A stretch of DNA of 37,749 nucleotides from Spirochaetaceae bacterium (lineage in GTDB: Bacteria; Spirochaetota; Spirochaetia; DSM-27196; SLAA01), in NCBI GenBank assembly GCA_003552665.1, contig PUNW01000218.1, positions 1 to 37,749 of the forward strand. The letters are read 5' to 3'. Shown one piece after another: positions 15,817 to 23,538 of the stretch. The stretch's first letter is position 1, and every line of letters begins with the position of its first letter. The notes under the pieces were generated by a model. The model ran no database searches, had not been told where the DNA came from, and worked only from the letters and a program-made list of their open reading frames with translations. A program made the translations under genes and the position numbers.

Positions 15817-15822
15817 CACTGG

Positions 15823-17058
15823 TCAGGGCCGAGTTACGAATGCATCCCGATAGCCCCGCCGGCGCATCGTGTACAGCGTAGCTCCGACTTCGTCTTCGCT
15901 GAGCGGGCCGACATACACTCGATACAACGGCTCCTCGTCTACCTGTGCCGCGATCACGGTAGACGGTAAGCGCTCGTCGAGCCTCGCTACCAACGCGCCG
16001 GCCCCTTCACGGCTACGAAACGCCCCGAGCTGAACATAGAACTTGCCCGACTCAAGCTCGTCATGGACCCTGATACGATCGATCTCCTCGACTGCCATCT
16101 CCTCCGGTTCCTCGGCCGGCTCCGGCGGAAAGAGCTCCGGCGGAAGCGCTTCCAAAGGCTCCACCGTCGGGACTTCCTCCGGCTCCGGTGCAGGCTCCGG
16201 CAGCTTCTCCGTAGGCGGCTCCACGGGTTCCACCGGTTCCACAGGTTCTGTCAGCTCGTCCGGCACCACCGGCGGAGAAACAGGGTGCGGCGGCCTGGTG
16301 GCGATCTCCGGCAGATCCTCGGCAAGCGGGTCCTCCGGTTCAAATACCTCCGGATACGGGAACTCATCCTCGTCGATGGCGATCTCAAAGCGCGGCTGCA
16401 CCCGCGGCTTGTGTTCGGGGGGCGCAGGCTCAGGTTCCGGTTCGAGAAGCGGCGCGAGCTCAACCTCGGGAGCGGGCTCCGGTGCAGGCTCGGGGATCAG
16501 CTCCACAACTTCGCGGGGCTCATCGATGCGGGGCTCGTCCTCGGGGACCGGGATGACGGGTAACTGCTCAGGATCGGGCCGTTCGAGCTCGGCCGTTGGC
16601 GGCGCGGGCTCCTGCTCGGCGGATGGAGGCGAAGGGTCCTCCTCGGCCGGCGGCGCCAGGGCGGCGAGAGGATTTCGATCGGGATCTCTCGAGAACGCCG
16701 CTTCGGGGTCTCGCAGACGTGGTGGGCGTGTAAGGCGCTCGGCGCGGCGCACCCGTACCTCGGCGGTGCCGTCATCATGCATCCCAAGCTCCCGCGCGGC
16801 ATGCGGCGACAGCACCATCAGCAGCCCCGCTTCATCGAGCCCGCGGGTTATGAACACTGTGGTACGTTCTCCGGTCTCGGTGTTCTCCACCTCAACGCGA
16901 GACTCCACCGGGAAGCTGTTGGAGGCCGCGAAGCGCCCGGTTTCGGGGAAATCGCCGTAGCGGCCGGGAGCGGCAGTACCCTGCCAGCGCCAGTCCTCAG
17001 CCGCCAACCCCGCGGTCGCTATCAGAGAGCACACGAATAGCAGTAATCCACGTCTCAT
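15823..17058 (-). CDS. RlpA-like double-psi beta-barrel plus SPOR domain protein with long Pro/Glu-rich linker
   Basis: A signal peptide is followed by an RlpA-like block (RFAASNSFPVESRVEVENTETGERTTVFITRG...LVLSPHAARELG). A P/E-rich linker of about 230 aa follows (PEPAPEPAPE, VEPVEPVEPVEP). The C-terminal SPOR domain reads FYVQLGAFRSREGAGALVARL...YRVYVGP. Confidence 0.78.
   Translation of the reverse strand: MRRGLLLFVCSLIATAGLAAEDWRWQGTAAPGRYGDFPETGRFAASNSFPVESRVEVENTETGERTTVFITRGLDEAGLLMVLSPHAARELGMHDDGTAEVRVRRAERLTRPPRLRDPEAAFSRDPDRNPLAALAPPAEEDPSPPSAEQEPAPPTAELERPDPEQLPVIPVPEDEPRIDEPREVVELIPEPAPEPAPEVELAPLLEPEPEPAPPEHKPRVQPRFEIAIDEDEFPYPEVFEPEDPLAEDLPEIATRPPHPVSPPVVPDELTEPVEPVEPVEPPTEKLPEPAPEPEEVPTVEPLEALPPELFPPEPAEEPEEMAVEEIDRIRVHDELESGKFYVQLGAFRSREGAGALVARLDERLPSTVIAAQVDEEPLYRVYVGPLSEDEVGATLYTMRRRGYRDAFVTRP
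16217..16252. repeat. 9-nt in-frame tandem repeat (4 units) inside the P/E linker coding region
   Basis: The repeat reads ggctccacg ggttccacc ggttccaca ggttctgtc. On the minus strand it encodes the VEPVEPVEP segment. Confidence 0.7.
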
Positions 17059-17079
17059 ATCCGGTCTCCTCCGGACCGT

Positions 17080-17625
17080 TTACGAGTTCTCAAGCACCCG
17101 CTGCGCGATCGCTGTCCCAATCTTGAACCCGACTTCTCCGCTCAACTCGAGCTCTCCGTCGACAAGCTCAGCGAGCCGCACCCGATGACTCAGGATCTCC
17201 TCAGCGCCGTCCACCTGATAGACCGCGAGCTCGCCGAGGCCGGGTTCGGGCGCTCCGTTGCCATCGGTATCAAACCGAACGGCCAGACGGATCAGAAGAT
17301 CGGCGCCGCCCTCCTGCGCCACGGTCAGCACGTGTGCTTCGGAGCGTCGCCCGATCTCATCAGCGCCACTCACGGGCCCGGCGTTGAACACCACGTAATC
17401 AGCCTCGAAAAAGGCGTCCATGATGCCGGCCTCGATAGCCGATAGAAAGTAATCAACTTTCAGTTGCTTCTCGTCATCATCGAGCCGCTCGAGTTGATTC
17501 GGATCCCTAGCTTCAATATACACCATGAGGTTCTCAGCGTTCAGCCCCGCGGTGACACCGATCAGCAGTGCCGCGGCCACCACAGTGACGGTTGCGGCGT
17601 GTATTCGTCGTGCGAGTTTATCCAT
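17080..17625 (-). CDS. Hypothetical secreted/periplasmic protein
   Basis: The internal ATG at 17625 is preceded by GGAGGG (17631-17636, minus strand). The N-terminus MDKLARRIHAATVTVVAAALLIGVTAGLNA is signal-like. The gene ends 21 nt before the RlpA-SPOR start, so an operon is likely. I recognised no family. Confidence 0.6.
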   Translation of the reverse strand: MDKLARRIHAATVTVVAAALLIGVTAGLNAENLMVYIEARDPNQLERLDDDEKQLKVDYFLSAIEAGIMDAFFEADYVVFNAGPVSGADEIGRRSEAHVLTVAQEGGADLLIRLAVRFDTDGNGAPEPGLGELAVYQVDGAEEILSHRVRLAELVDGELELSGEVGFKIGTAIAQRVLENS

Positions 17626-17739
17626 CACACCCCTCCTGCAGTATTCATCGGCATGATTCGCCCAACGCCAAAGCATGTTGTATTGCCTTGGGCACAGCTT
17701 ACATGATAGCTTATCGCAGCATTTTCGTGCCGCTGCCAC

Positions 17740-18261
17740 ATGAATTACTTCGTTGTCCAGGTCAAAACTAGCGAAGAAGAGAAGTACCGAGCGTTGGCAA
17801 GACAAGCGCTTGCCGACAGCCCGATGCAGCTCGTCTATCCCCAGCGACGCTTGCGCCAGCTGCGCCGCGGGCGCTGGAAAGACGTGCTCAAACCGCTCTA
17901 TCCAGGGTATGTATTCCTCGAAGGCGAGGAGATCTCAACCGAGGATTACTGGTCCTTGCGCCATGTGCCGGGTTTCCTTCGCTTTCTGGAAACCAACGCG
18001 AATATCCGCCCGGTCGAGGGCGCCGACCGTGAGCTTCTGCTTCACTTTCTACGCTTCGGCGAGATCGTCGAGAAGTCCAAAGTACAGTTCGGCGCCGACT
18101 CTCGAATCAGAGTGCTCGAAGGGCCCTTGGCCGGTCTCGAAGGCCGGATTATCAAGGTTGACAAACGCAAGGGACGCGCCAAAGTCCGGCTGGACCTTTA
18201 CAAAAGCAGTTTCCCGGTCGATCTAGGTTTTGAGATCATCGAGAATGCGGTAAGCCAATGA
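17740..18261 (+). CDS. Specialised NusG paralog (NGN plus KOW; RfaH/UpxY/LoaP-like antiterminator)
   Basis: 173 aa. NGN-like N-terminus (YFVVQVKTSEEEK...PLYPGYVFLEGE) and a KOW motif (IRVLEGPLAGLEGRIIKVDKRKGRAKVRLDL). It is the first gene of an overlapping sugar-modification operon. Confidence 0.8.
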   Translation: MNYFVVQVKTSEEEKYRALARQALADSPMQLVYPQRRLRQLRRGRWKDVLKPLYPGYVFLEGEEISTEDYWSLRHVPGFLRFLETNANIRPVEGADRELLLHFLRFGEIVEKSKVQFGADSRIRVLEGPLAGLEGRIIKVDKRKGRAKVRLDLYKSSFPVDLGFEIIENAVSQ

Positions 18262-19736
18262 GTAACGAAGCACGTGCGCGCACATACATCCTCGGCGCGG
18301 GGCTCGCCGGGCGATCAATCGCCGCTGAGCTCAGGCGCAAGCGCAATCCGAGCGTGGTGGCCGCCTTCCTCGACGATGATCCGGCCAAGATCGGTTCCCG
18401 AATCGAAGGCGTCCCGGTCCTCGGGCCGATCGGCGATGTAATCACGCTACTGGACAAGAAACCCCGTGACGAGGCGCTGATCGCGATTCCGGAAGCTCCG
18501 CGCGAGCATCTCAAGCACTGGTATGACCTGCTCAAGCTTGCCGGCTTTGTGCGGATCAGAATCCTCCCGAGCTTATCGCAGATCATCGACGGCGAGGCGC
18601 ACTTGATTCAGGCCCGCGAAATCGATCCGCTCGACCTGCTTGGAAGAACACCGATCAAGATCGATCTGCGCGAGAGCCTGGCCTACCTGCGCGGTAGGCG
18701 TGTGCTCATCACCGGAGCCGGAGGCAGCATCGGGAGCGAACTGGCTCGCCAGCTGCTTGCAGGCGGGGCTGAACGGTTGTACCTGCTCGGACACGGCGAG
18801 AACAGCATCTATGAGATCGACCGCGAGCTGCGCACGTTGCAGGAGGAAGGGGTCGGCGAGCGCGCGACGATCGTACCGGTAATCGGTGAGCTGCAGGACC
18901 CCGGTTACACTCGCTTCATCCTCACAAGGATGCGGGTGAACGCGGTGTTTCACACAGCTGCCTATAAGCACGTGCCGATGCTGGAAGCAAATCCGGTGGA
19001 AGCGGTCAAGAACAACGTCTTTGTCACCCATCACCTGGTGGAGGCTGCGAAGCAAACCGGTTGCGAGCGCTTCGTGCTGGTCTCCTCCGACAAGGTAGTG
19101 GAACCGACGAGCGTGTACGGTGCAACCAAACAGCTCGCCGAGGAGATCGTGCTGAACGCCAACGGCAGCTCGCTGCACTTCATGGTGGTTCGCTTCGGCA
19201 ATGTGCTCGGTTCGCGCGGCAGCATCGTCCCCTTGTTCCGCAAACAGATTCTCAAAGGCGGGCCGGTCACAATCACCGATCCGCGTACCGCCCGGTACTT
19301 CATGACCATTCCCGAAGCGGTGTCGCTGGTTTTGAAAGCCGGCGGTGTCGGCGCCGGCGGCGAGCTGTACCTGCTCGATATGGGTGACCCACTACCCATC
19401 CGCGAGATTGCCGAGCAAATGATCCGCTTCTACGGCTACGAGCCTGAGTCGGATATACCGATTACCTATGTCGGTTTGCGGCCGGGCGAGAAACTCACTG
19501 AATCACTCTATGGGGCGAATGAACGGCCGCAGCCGAGCGGCAGCGAGCGTATTCTGCGCGTGGAGCGCTCCAACTGGCCGCCGACGAAGCTTGCAGAGCT
19601 GCTGGAAGAGCTCGGCGCGATCTGCTTCAACAACGGCAGCTCCACCAACCATTATCGTAATCGCCGCCGGCTGCGCAACGCGCTCGCCCGCCATATCCCC
19701 AGCCTTCCGGTGCATTGCGATGAGCCTGCATACTGA
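18258..19736 (+). CDS. CapD/PglF/WbpM-type nucleotide-sugar 4,6-dehydratase (polysaccharide biosynthesis protein), soluble form
   Basis: ATGA overlap with the NusG paralog gene. There are two Rossmann-type regions (ILGAGLAGRSIA; VLITGAGGSIGSEL) and the SDR catalytic context YGATKQLAE. No N-terminal TM segments are present. Confidence 0.88.
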   Translation: MSNEARARTYILGAGLAGRSIAAELRRKRNPSVVAAFLDDDPAKIGSRIEGVPVLGPIGDVITLLDKKPRDEALIAIPEAPREHLKHWYDLLKLAGFVRIRILPSLSQIIDGEAHLIQAREIDPLDLLGRTPIKIDLRESLAYLRGRRVLITGAGGSIGSELARQLLAGGAERLYLLGHGENSIYEIDRELRTLQEEGVGERATIVPVIGELQDPGYTRFILTRMRVNAVFHTAAYKHVPMLEANPVEAVKNNVFVTHHLVEAAKQTGCERFVLVSSDKVVEPTSVYGATKQLAEEIVLNANGSSLHFMVVRFGNVLGSRGSIVPLFRKQILKGGPVTITDPRTARYFMTIPEAVSLVLKAGGVGAGGELYLLDMGDPLPIREIAEQMIRFYGYEPESDIPITYVGLRPGEKLTESLYGANERPQPSGSERILRVERSNWPPTKLAELLEELGAICFNNGSSTNHYRNRRRLRNALARHIPSLPVHCDEPAY

Positions 19737-20895
19737 TTTCGTCCCCTTCGCCCGTCCGGAGCTCGGCAGCGACGAGGAAGCAGCCGTGCTGCGCGTGCTG
19801 CGCAGTGGATGGCTCACCACAGGCCGAGAGGCGCAGCTGTTCGAGCAGGAGTTCCGGGAGTATTGCGGCGTCGCCCACAGCCTGGCGGTGAGCTCGGCTA
19901 CCGCCGGGCTGCATTTGGCACTCGAGGCCCTCGGTGTGCGCCCCGGCGACCGCGTAGCCGTCAGTCCCTACACATTCGCCGCCAGCGCCGAGGTAATCCG
20001 GTACCTCGACGCCGATCCGGTGTTCGTCGATATCGAACCGCACAGTTTCAACATCGATACGCAGGCCCTCGAGCGGGTGCTTGCCGGCGGCGCGGTCCGG
20101 GCGGTAATGCCGGTACATATCGGCGGCTATCCGTGCGATACGGCGAGAATCCGGCGGCTGGCAGCTGAGTACGGGGCTGTGGTTGTGGAGGATGCAGCTC
20201 ACACCTTTCCGGCGCGCGAGCCTGAAGAAGGCCCGGTCGCCGGCACCGGTTCCGACGCCGGAGTGTTCTCGTTCTACGCAACCAAGACGATCACAACCGG
20301 CGAGGGCGGAATGCTGGTCTGCCACGATCGGCGGGTCGCCGAACGGGCGGAGATTATGCGGCTTCACGGAATCGACCGTCCGGTCTGGGACCGCTATCGT
20401 GCCCGGAACCGGTCGCACGAGTACGAGGTGGTTGCGCCCGGCTACAAGTACAATCTTCCCGACCTGCTCGCCGCTATCGGCCGCGTGCAGTTGCGCCGCG
20501 CGGCCGAGTTTCAGGCCCGCCGCGAGGCGATCGCGGCGCGCTACCTGGAGGCTCTGCGTGATTGCGAAGAGATAGAGCTCCCCCCGGATGACCGTCCCCA
20601 GTCGTGGCATCTCTTTCTCCTTCGGCTGCGACTCGAACGGCTTACGATTGGTCGTGATGGGTTCATCACGCAGCTGAGCGAGGCCGGCGTCGGTAGCTCG
20701 GTTCATTATCGCCCGCTCCACCTAATGCCGTACTATCGTGACCGATACGGTTTGAGTCCGTCCGATTTTCCGGTATCATTGGATACCTATGAGCGCTGCC
20801 TGAGTCTGCCGATCTATCCCGGTCTTCGAGACGAGGAGCTCGAGCGGGTCGTCGCCGCGGTGCGCTCAATCTGCCGAAAACACGCACGAGGTTAG
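19720..20895 (+). CDS. DegT/DnrJ/EryC1/StrS-family PLP-dependent sugar aminotransferase
   Basis: ATG 19720 gives a 17-nt overlap with the upstream stop. ORF codons 19468-19719 are an out-of-frame shadow of the previous gene. The motifs are FARPELGSDEEAAVLRVLRSGWLTTG and the PLP-lysine context FSFYATKTITTGEGG. Confidence 0.88.
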   Translation: MSLHTDFVPFARPELGSDEEAAVLRVLRSGWLTTGREAQLFEQEFREYCGVAHSLAVSSATAGLHLALEALGVRPGDRVAVSPYTFAASAEVIRYLDADPVFVDIEPHSFNIDTQALERVLAGGAVRAVMPVHIGGYPCDTARIRRLAAEYGAVVVEDAAHTFPAREPEEGPVAGTGSDAGVFSFYATKTITTGEGGMLVCHDRRVAERAEIMRLHGIDRPVWDRYRARNRSHEYEVVAPGYKYNLPDLLAAIGRVQLRRAAEFQARREAIAARYLEALRDCEEIELPPDDRPQSWHLFLLRLRLERLTIGRDGFITQLSEAGVGSSVHYRPLHLMPYYRDRYGLSPSDFPVSLDTYERCLSLPIYPGLRDEELERVVAAVRSICRKHARG

Positions 20896-20947
20896 GCTGG
20901 CACCGCTCTGCGCGGTGGTTCCGGCCGAAGGAGCGCACGAGGTACGC

Positions 20948-23056
20948 ATGCGATCAATTCAGAATATGCTCGCCCACGATTCTCACTTCATCAGCGATAT
21001 GTACGAGCCTGACATGCTGTACGGTTTTACGGTGCGCTCGCAGTATCCGAACGCCTCCATCTCCTCGGTTGCGCCCCCGTCCGGCCTGCCGGAGCATGTG
21101 CGCTTTCTGACCGCCGCCCAGATCCCGGGACGCAACCGGATCACGGTGCTGGGCGAGTCCCTGCCGGTGCTCGCCGAGCGGCAGACTTACTACGTAGGCG
21201 AGCCGCTTGCGCTCCTCGTCGGCCCTAGCCTGCACGAGCTTATGGAGCTTGCCCAACGGGTCAACGTGGGATACGAACCGCTTGCGACGGCAACACAGGA
21301 GTTTCTGCCGGAGAACGCCGAGCATCTGCAGAGCGATTTCGTCAAAACGGTCGGCAATCCCGATCAGGCGATGCGAAAGGCCTTTCAGGTCGTCGAAGGT
21401 GAATACCAAACCGAAGCGCAGGAGCATCTATACAGCGAACCCCAGGCGGCATTCGTCACCGGCGAGAACAAACGAACGGTAATCTACAGCTCGACCCAAT
21501 GGCCGTTTCACGTACGCAACTCGGTTTGCACGGTTCTGCGGGTACCGCAGAAGCAGTGCGTGGTGCGTGCCACCGACGCGGGCGTAACGCTCGACGGAAA
21601 ACTGTGGTATCCGTCGCTGGTTGCGGCCCATGCCGCGCTCGCCCACCGCGCCACCGGCCGGCCGATCAAGCTCGTGTACACCCGCGAAGAGGACTTCCTC
21701 AACACCACCAAACGGGCTCCCAGCCACATTAAACACGTTACCGGCCTTGACCGCGACGGAAACCTGGTTTCGATGCAGGTCACGATAACGCTCAACGTTG
21801 GTGCTTACCCGTTGCTCAGCGACGAGATGTTGCGACGCATGATGGTTGTCGCCTGCGGCTATTACAACTGCCGCAATGTTCGTATTCGGGCGCGGACGGT
21901 GCGCACCCACCTGCCTCCGATGAACGCATTCGCCGGCTTCGGGTCGGCGCAAGCCTTCTTTGCGGCTGAGGCGCACGCGGCGCGCATAAGCGAGGTGGCA
22001 CAGGTGCCGCCGCATACCTGGAAAGCGACAAACCTCCTGAGGCGCGGGCAAACCACGCTCACCGGCGGCCCCGCGCGCTATGACGTGTTCGCCTCCGGCG
22101 CCTGGGACTGGGCGCTTTCACATTCAGACTTCGCCCGCAAGCATGCGGCCTTTGAGCTGCAGAAGAAGCGACGCGCGATGGAGGCGGACTTACGCGTCCC
22201 GGCCCGCGGAATCGGCATAGCGGTGGCCGGGCAAGGGTCCGGTTTCATCGGCCGCGGGGAGGAGATTCTGGGAGCCGCGGTCGCGGTTCGACTCGAAGAG
22301 TCCGATAAGGCGGTGATCCGCACATCCGCCATTCCCGAGGACCGAGGCATACAGCGTATCTGGGTCGAGACCGTCGCCCGCATCCTGACCGTCGCTGAGA
22401 ACAACGTAGCGCTCGAGGTCGTCGATACCGAGCGGGTGCCCGACAGCGGCCCTTCGACGCTTTCACGCAATTTGACGGTAATAACGGCGTTGCTCGAGGG
22501 CTGCTGCAATGCGATTAAGCGGCAGCGCTTCCGTTCACCGCTGCCGATCGAGGTCCGTCGTACCTCGAAGGTACCGCGCAAGACGACCTGGAGCAACGAG
22601 CGCATGGATGGTATCCCGTTTGCCGGTGAGTCTCGCGCTGTGGCCGTGATCGAAGTGGAAAGCGACGCAGCTACATTCGAGACCAACATCCGCGGCATCT
22701 GGCTGGCGATAGACGCAGGCCGCGTCCTCAACCAGCTGCAGGCGCGAAAGACAATCGAGATGGGCGTCTTCCAGGGGCTCGGCTGGGCGGCGTTTGAAAC
22801 GATCGCTTACCTTGCTTCCGGCAGCAGCTGGATCGATTACAAGAGCTACCATCCCGGGCGTTTGATGCGGCACCCTCGCATAGAAATCGAGTTCTTCGGT
22901 GATCACACCAAGAGCCCGGCTCAGGGAATCACCGAGCTGGCGCTTTCGGCGGTGCCGGCCGCCTATGTGAATGCCGTCACCCAAGCCACCGGCCGCTATC
23001 TGGACCGCATTCCAGCGACACCTGAGCTTGTCTACCAGTACCTGGAGGACGAATGA
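20948..23056 (+). CDS. Xanthine dehydrogenase/aldehyde oxidase-family molybdopterin-binding large subunit (divergent)
   Basis: I prefer ATG 20948, with GAGG 5 nt upstream; the ORF opens at GTG 20915. The a/b-hammerhead-like N-terminus reads MLYGFTVRSQYPNASISSV. The STQWPFHVR...GRPIKLVYTREEDF core and the C-terminal GITELALSAVPAAYVNAV are present. Confidence 0.8.
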   Translation: MRSIQNMLAHDSHFISDMYEPDMLYGFTVRSQYPNASISSVAPPSGLPEHVRFLTAAQIPGRNRITVLGESLPVLAERQTYYVGEPLALLVGPSLHELMELAQRVNVGYEPLATATQEFLPENAEHLQSDFVKTVGNPDQAMRKAFQVVEGEYQTEAQEHLYSEPQAAFVTGENKRTVIYSSTQWPFHVRNSVCTVLRVPQKQCVVRATDAGVTLDGKLWYPSLVAAHAALAHRATGRPIKLVYTREEDFLNTTKRAPSHIKHVTGLDRDGNLVSMQVTITLNVGAYPLLSDEMLRRMMVVACGYYNCRNVRIRARTVRTHLPPMNAFAGFGSAQAFFAAEAHAARISEVAQVPPHTWKATNLLRRGQTTLTGGPARYDVFASGAWDWALSHSDFARKHAAFELQKKRRAMEADLRVPARGIGIAVAGQGSGFIGRGEEILGAAVAVRLEESDKAVIRTSAIPEDRGIQRIWVETVARILTVAENNVALEVVDTERVPDSGPSTLSRNLTVITALLEGCCNAIKRQRFRSPLPIEVRRTSKVPRKTTWSNERMDGIPFAGESRAVAVIEVESDAATFETNIRGIWLAIDAGRVLNQLQARKTIEMGVFQGLGWAAFETIAYLASGSSWIDYKSYHPGRLMRHPRIEIEFFGDHTKSPAQGITELALSAVPAAYVNAVTQATGRYLDRIPATPELVYQYLEDE

Positions 23057-23538
23057 GGATCGAGTTCACCCTCAACGGACAGAACGCCCGGATCAACGCG
23101 CCGACCGAGACGCTCCTCGTTGACCTGTTGCGCCGCGAGTTCGGGCTCTCCGGCGCCCGTCCGGGGTGTATGCGCGGCCAATGCGGCAACTGCGCGGTGC
23201 TGTTCAACGGCGCGCTCACCCGGGCATGCCTCCTGCCGGTATTTCGACTCGAAGGCTGTGAGGTCGTTACGATTGAAGGGTTCCTGCGTACGAAGGAGTT
23301 CGCCGATATCGAGTACGGATTCGAACGCGCCGGCATGGACCCCTGTCGGTTCTGCATCTCGAGTAAGGTGCTCGTGGCGCATTCACTGCTATTGAGCGAA
23401 CTGGAGCCGAGCGACCTGGAAATTGAACGCGCAACCTCGGGGGTGTGGTGCCGCTGCACCAGCTACTCGAGCTTCGTGAACGGCATTCGCTACGCCGCGC
23501 ACGCACGCAAGAGAAGGTACAATGAGCGCAACTTCTGA
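23053..23538 (+). CDS. (2Fe-2S)-binding small subunit of the XDH-family enzyme
   Basis: ATGA overlap with the large subunit gene. The first cluster is C-x4-C-x2-C-x11-C (GCMRGQCGNCAV...RACL). The second cluster is CRFC...CRC. Confidence 0.85.
   Translation: MRIEFTLNGQNARINAPTETLLVDLLRREFGLSGARPGCMRGQCGNCAVLFNGALTRACLLPVFRLEGCEVVTIEGFLRTKEFADIEYGFERAGMDPCRFCISSKVLVAHSLLLSELEPSDLEIERATSGVWCRCTSYSSFVNGIRYAAHARKRRYNERNF

Noticed and set aside
15712-15822. Possible CRISPR array or minisatellite at the repeat-filled intergenic gap.
   Set aside because: The units are only 9-20 bp, degenerate and contiguous without unique spacers. No cas genes are in the window. I kept this as an unexplained repeat finding, not as CRISPR.
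16043-16960. A 305-aa Ser/Gly-rich ORF (and the 166-aa Arg-rich ORF) on the plus strand opposite the RlpA-SPOR gene.
   Set aside because: These are mirror images of the Pro/Glu-rich linker codons (GAG/CCG read in reverse give Ser/Gly/Arg runs). The minus strand has flanking RlpA and SPOR domains and a signal peptide.
17626-17805. 5' extensions of tabulated ORFs: 17626-17805, 19468-19719, 32876-32953, 2459-2527, 4521-4607, 20915-20947 and 31156-31212.
   Set aside because: In each case an internal start has a better SD or start/stop coupling and matches the expected N-terminus (signal peptide or conserved family start). The extensions would also overlap neighbouring genes or divergent promoters.
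19627-20721. A 364-aa ORF antisense to the DegT-family aminotransferase gene.
   Set aside because: The translation is Arg/Pro/Gly/Ala-rich low-complexity sequence with no recognisable family and no start context. The opposite strand has unambiguous DegT homology, including the PLP-lysine motif. This is a typical shadow ORF of GC-rich DNA.
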